DNA from: Octopus vulgaris
Taxonomy: Eukaryota
Length of the DNA: 64,000 nucleotides
Assembly: GCA_951406725.2 (NCBI GenBank)
Contig: OX597837.1
Location: 46,562,001-46,626,000, forward strand
Direction of reading: 5' to 3'
The notes under the pieces are model-generated. The model ran no database searches. It saw nothing but the letters and a program-made list of their open reading frames with translations, and was not told the DNA's origin. This document shows, piece after piece, positions 62,132 through 64,000 of the stretch. Each line of letters begins with the position of its first letter. Within the stretch, counting starts at the first letter, position 1. A program made the translations under genes and the position numbers.

Positions 62132-62620
62132 TGAGATAATGAGGTAGCTTCTGCATGATTACTCAGTCTGCTAGAAATAGCAGCTGAATCTTCCCGTATC
62201 AAAATTGCCAACACATTAACCCTTTCATTACTGTATTTATTTTGAGATGCTGTGTTTTTTTCAATTATTTTAAATATGACAAAGAATTTAGTAAAATAAC
62301 TTAGTTATCATTCAGCTAGTGTCAGTAACATAAATTGTGACTAAGGTTTGGTGGAAGATTTTAATTCAAAACTTAAGAAAATAAAACATTTGTACTACAG
62401 AGCCAGAGGCGGTTTCGGCCGGGTTGGTATCAAAAGGGTTAAACAAGGAAGAACTCATTGGGTAATCTCGTGCTGGGTTATTTAGAGTTGCTGTCTATCT
62501 GAGAGACAAGAGTTAAGCTAGTGTTAGCATAGCATGCTTAATGTTGTGAGGTGGTCTTAGCAGGACTGCTTTTTTGATCATAGGTTTGTTCAGTCATGGT
62601 TTGCCTGGGGCTAAACTACC
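62132..62620 (+). mobile_element. Family H copy split by a MITE family 2 insertion
   Basis: Head gagataatgaggtag...ctgctagaaatagcagctgaatcttccc; tail tttgatcataggtttgttcagtca...cctggggctaaac. Confidence 0.7.
62216..62442 (-). mobile_element. piggyBac-like MITE family 2, complete, TTAA at both ends
   Basis: TTAAccctttcattac ... gtatcaaaagggTTAA. Confidence 0.82.
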
Positions 62621-63039
62621 ATACTAGCATTACCACCACCAATGACAACAACATTAGCAAATAGTGACATCTTAGTAACATCTGGTAATGTATGAGACTC
62701 TCTAACATACGCACACATTAGCAATAATACATAATGCAATAAATGACTACACGAGTGGTTTATAGAGATAACCACACTCCCAGGTATTGGATCAGGGCTG
62801 GCTTGGGGTGGATGGGGTGGAGAATGAATAACTACAACACCAGCAATAGTTACCATTTATTTGGTTTGGTCTGCTCCATTAGATATGACCTATGACCCAG
62901 GGCTACAGAAACCAATAACAGTTACCGACAAGAGCATCCAAACAAACATAAAATCCATAAACCATTATTACCACATGTTACCAACATGGCTGAAACTTGC
63001 CTCCTGACCAAAGCCACCTGCTTTTCTCATAAAATAATC

Positions 63040-63190
63040 ATCTCTTTTCTCTCTCTCTCTCCCCTGCTCTCTCTCTCTCTCTCTCTCTCTCCCCTGCTCT
63101 GGAAAATCTCTCGTCTCTATCCTCTCTTGCTCTCCAACCCTTTCTCTGTCTTTGTCTCACTCTCTTTCTCTCCTCTTTTTCTCATCTCTT

Positions 63191-63234
<44 letters not shown>

Positions 63235-63430
63235 CTCTATTCTCTCTCGCTCTCCAACCCTTTCTCTGTCTTTGTCTCTCTCTCTCCCCTGCTCTGGAAA
63301 ATCTCATCTCTATTCTCTCTTGCTCTCCAACCCTTTCTCTGTCTTTATCTCGCTCTCTCTCTCTCTCCTCTTTTTCTCATCTCTTCTCTCTCTCTCTACT
63401 CTTTCCTTCTCTCTTTCTCTCTCTCTCTGT
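63040..63430. repeat. (CT)n compound repeat with duplicated blocks
   Basis: cccctgctctggaaaatctc at ~63090 and ~63286; gctctccaaccctttctctgtcttt three times. Confidence 0.85.
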
Positions 63431-64000
63431 GAAACCACAATGGCCAACTGTCTATTATGATATTCTTCCAGCTTCATCTCTCTTGAGTGTTTGCTGTTGT
63501 AATGGAATCCTTTCAATCTTGCCCAATCAACCATGCAAGCTGTTCTTGCTTCAATTCACTCAAGTACCTGCTTTTTCTTGCTGTTTTTTTTTGTTTTGTT
63601 GTTGTTATCCCCCCCTCTCTCTCATTCACACACACTGGTGACCTTTTGCTGCCTGTCACTCTTCTCTCTCTCTTCCTCACCTTGTCATCACTCTACACCA
63701 CTTTCCACACTATGTCTATCTTTATAATTAGAAATATATATTTATTGTGGACTGTTCTGTTATTTGTAGAGTGAACAAAAAAAAATCCATCTCGTAAGAG
63801 ATAAATATTATTTCAAAAATACAATTTAAATGTAAACTATTACAAGTTTCCTCCTTGGATCATACAATAATGGAACAAGCTTGGTTTATGAGTACACAGC
63901 ATACTATACCAGCTCATCCAACTTTTCTATGATCCAAACATGAAACTTAAAATAGCCCCCATTTAATCCTGATGTTTTTTTTTATAAATCATATGTAGGT

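Overview
AT-rich, repeat-dense, non-coding animal DNA (intergenic and/or a very large intron). No host protein-coding exon could be supported. The provided ORFs are microsatellite or transposon artefacts, except a few that are LINE remnants. The repeat families resemble those I associate with Octopus (coleoid cephalopod); this is recognition, not a search result. They comprise tRNA-headed CORE-type and Meta-domain SINEs, an RTE-related (GAT)n-tailed element, TTAA-flanked piggyBac-like MITEs, hAT-like MITEs, a non-autonomous Helitron, and decayed RTE and CR1 LINEs. Top finding: an abundant ~200-230 bp non-tRNA retroposon-like repeat (roughly 15-17 full or partial copies, some head-to-tail). Its shared 5' end can be folded by hand into an HDV/CPEB3-like nested double pseudoknot, suggesting a self-cleaving-ribozyme-headed SINE/SIDE family. 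Other notable structure: a 117-bp-arm palindrome, a 56-bp pre-miRNA-like hairpin, two independent fold-back inversions at the same SINE position, decayed Penelope-type hammerhead cores, a young RTE insertion with a 13-bp TSD, and a CpG-rich to CpG-depleted transition near 13 kb. Coordinates were read by eye, and element ends without TSDs are approximate.
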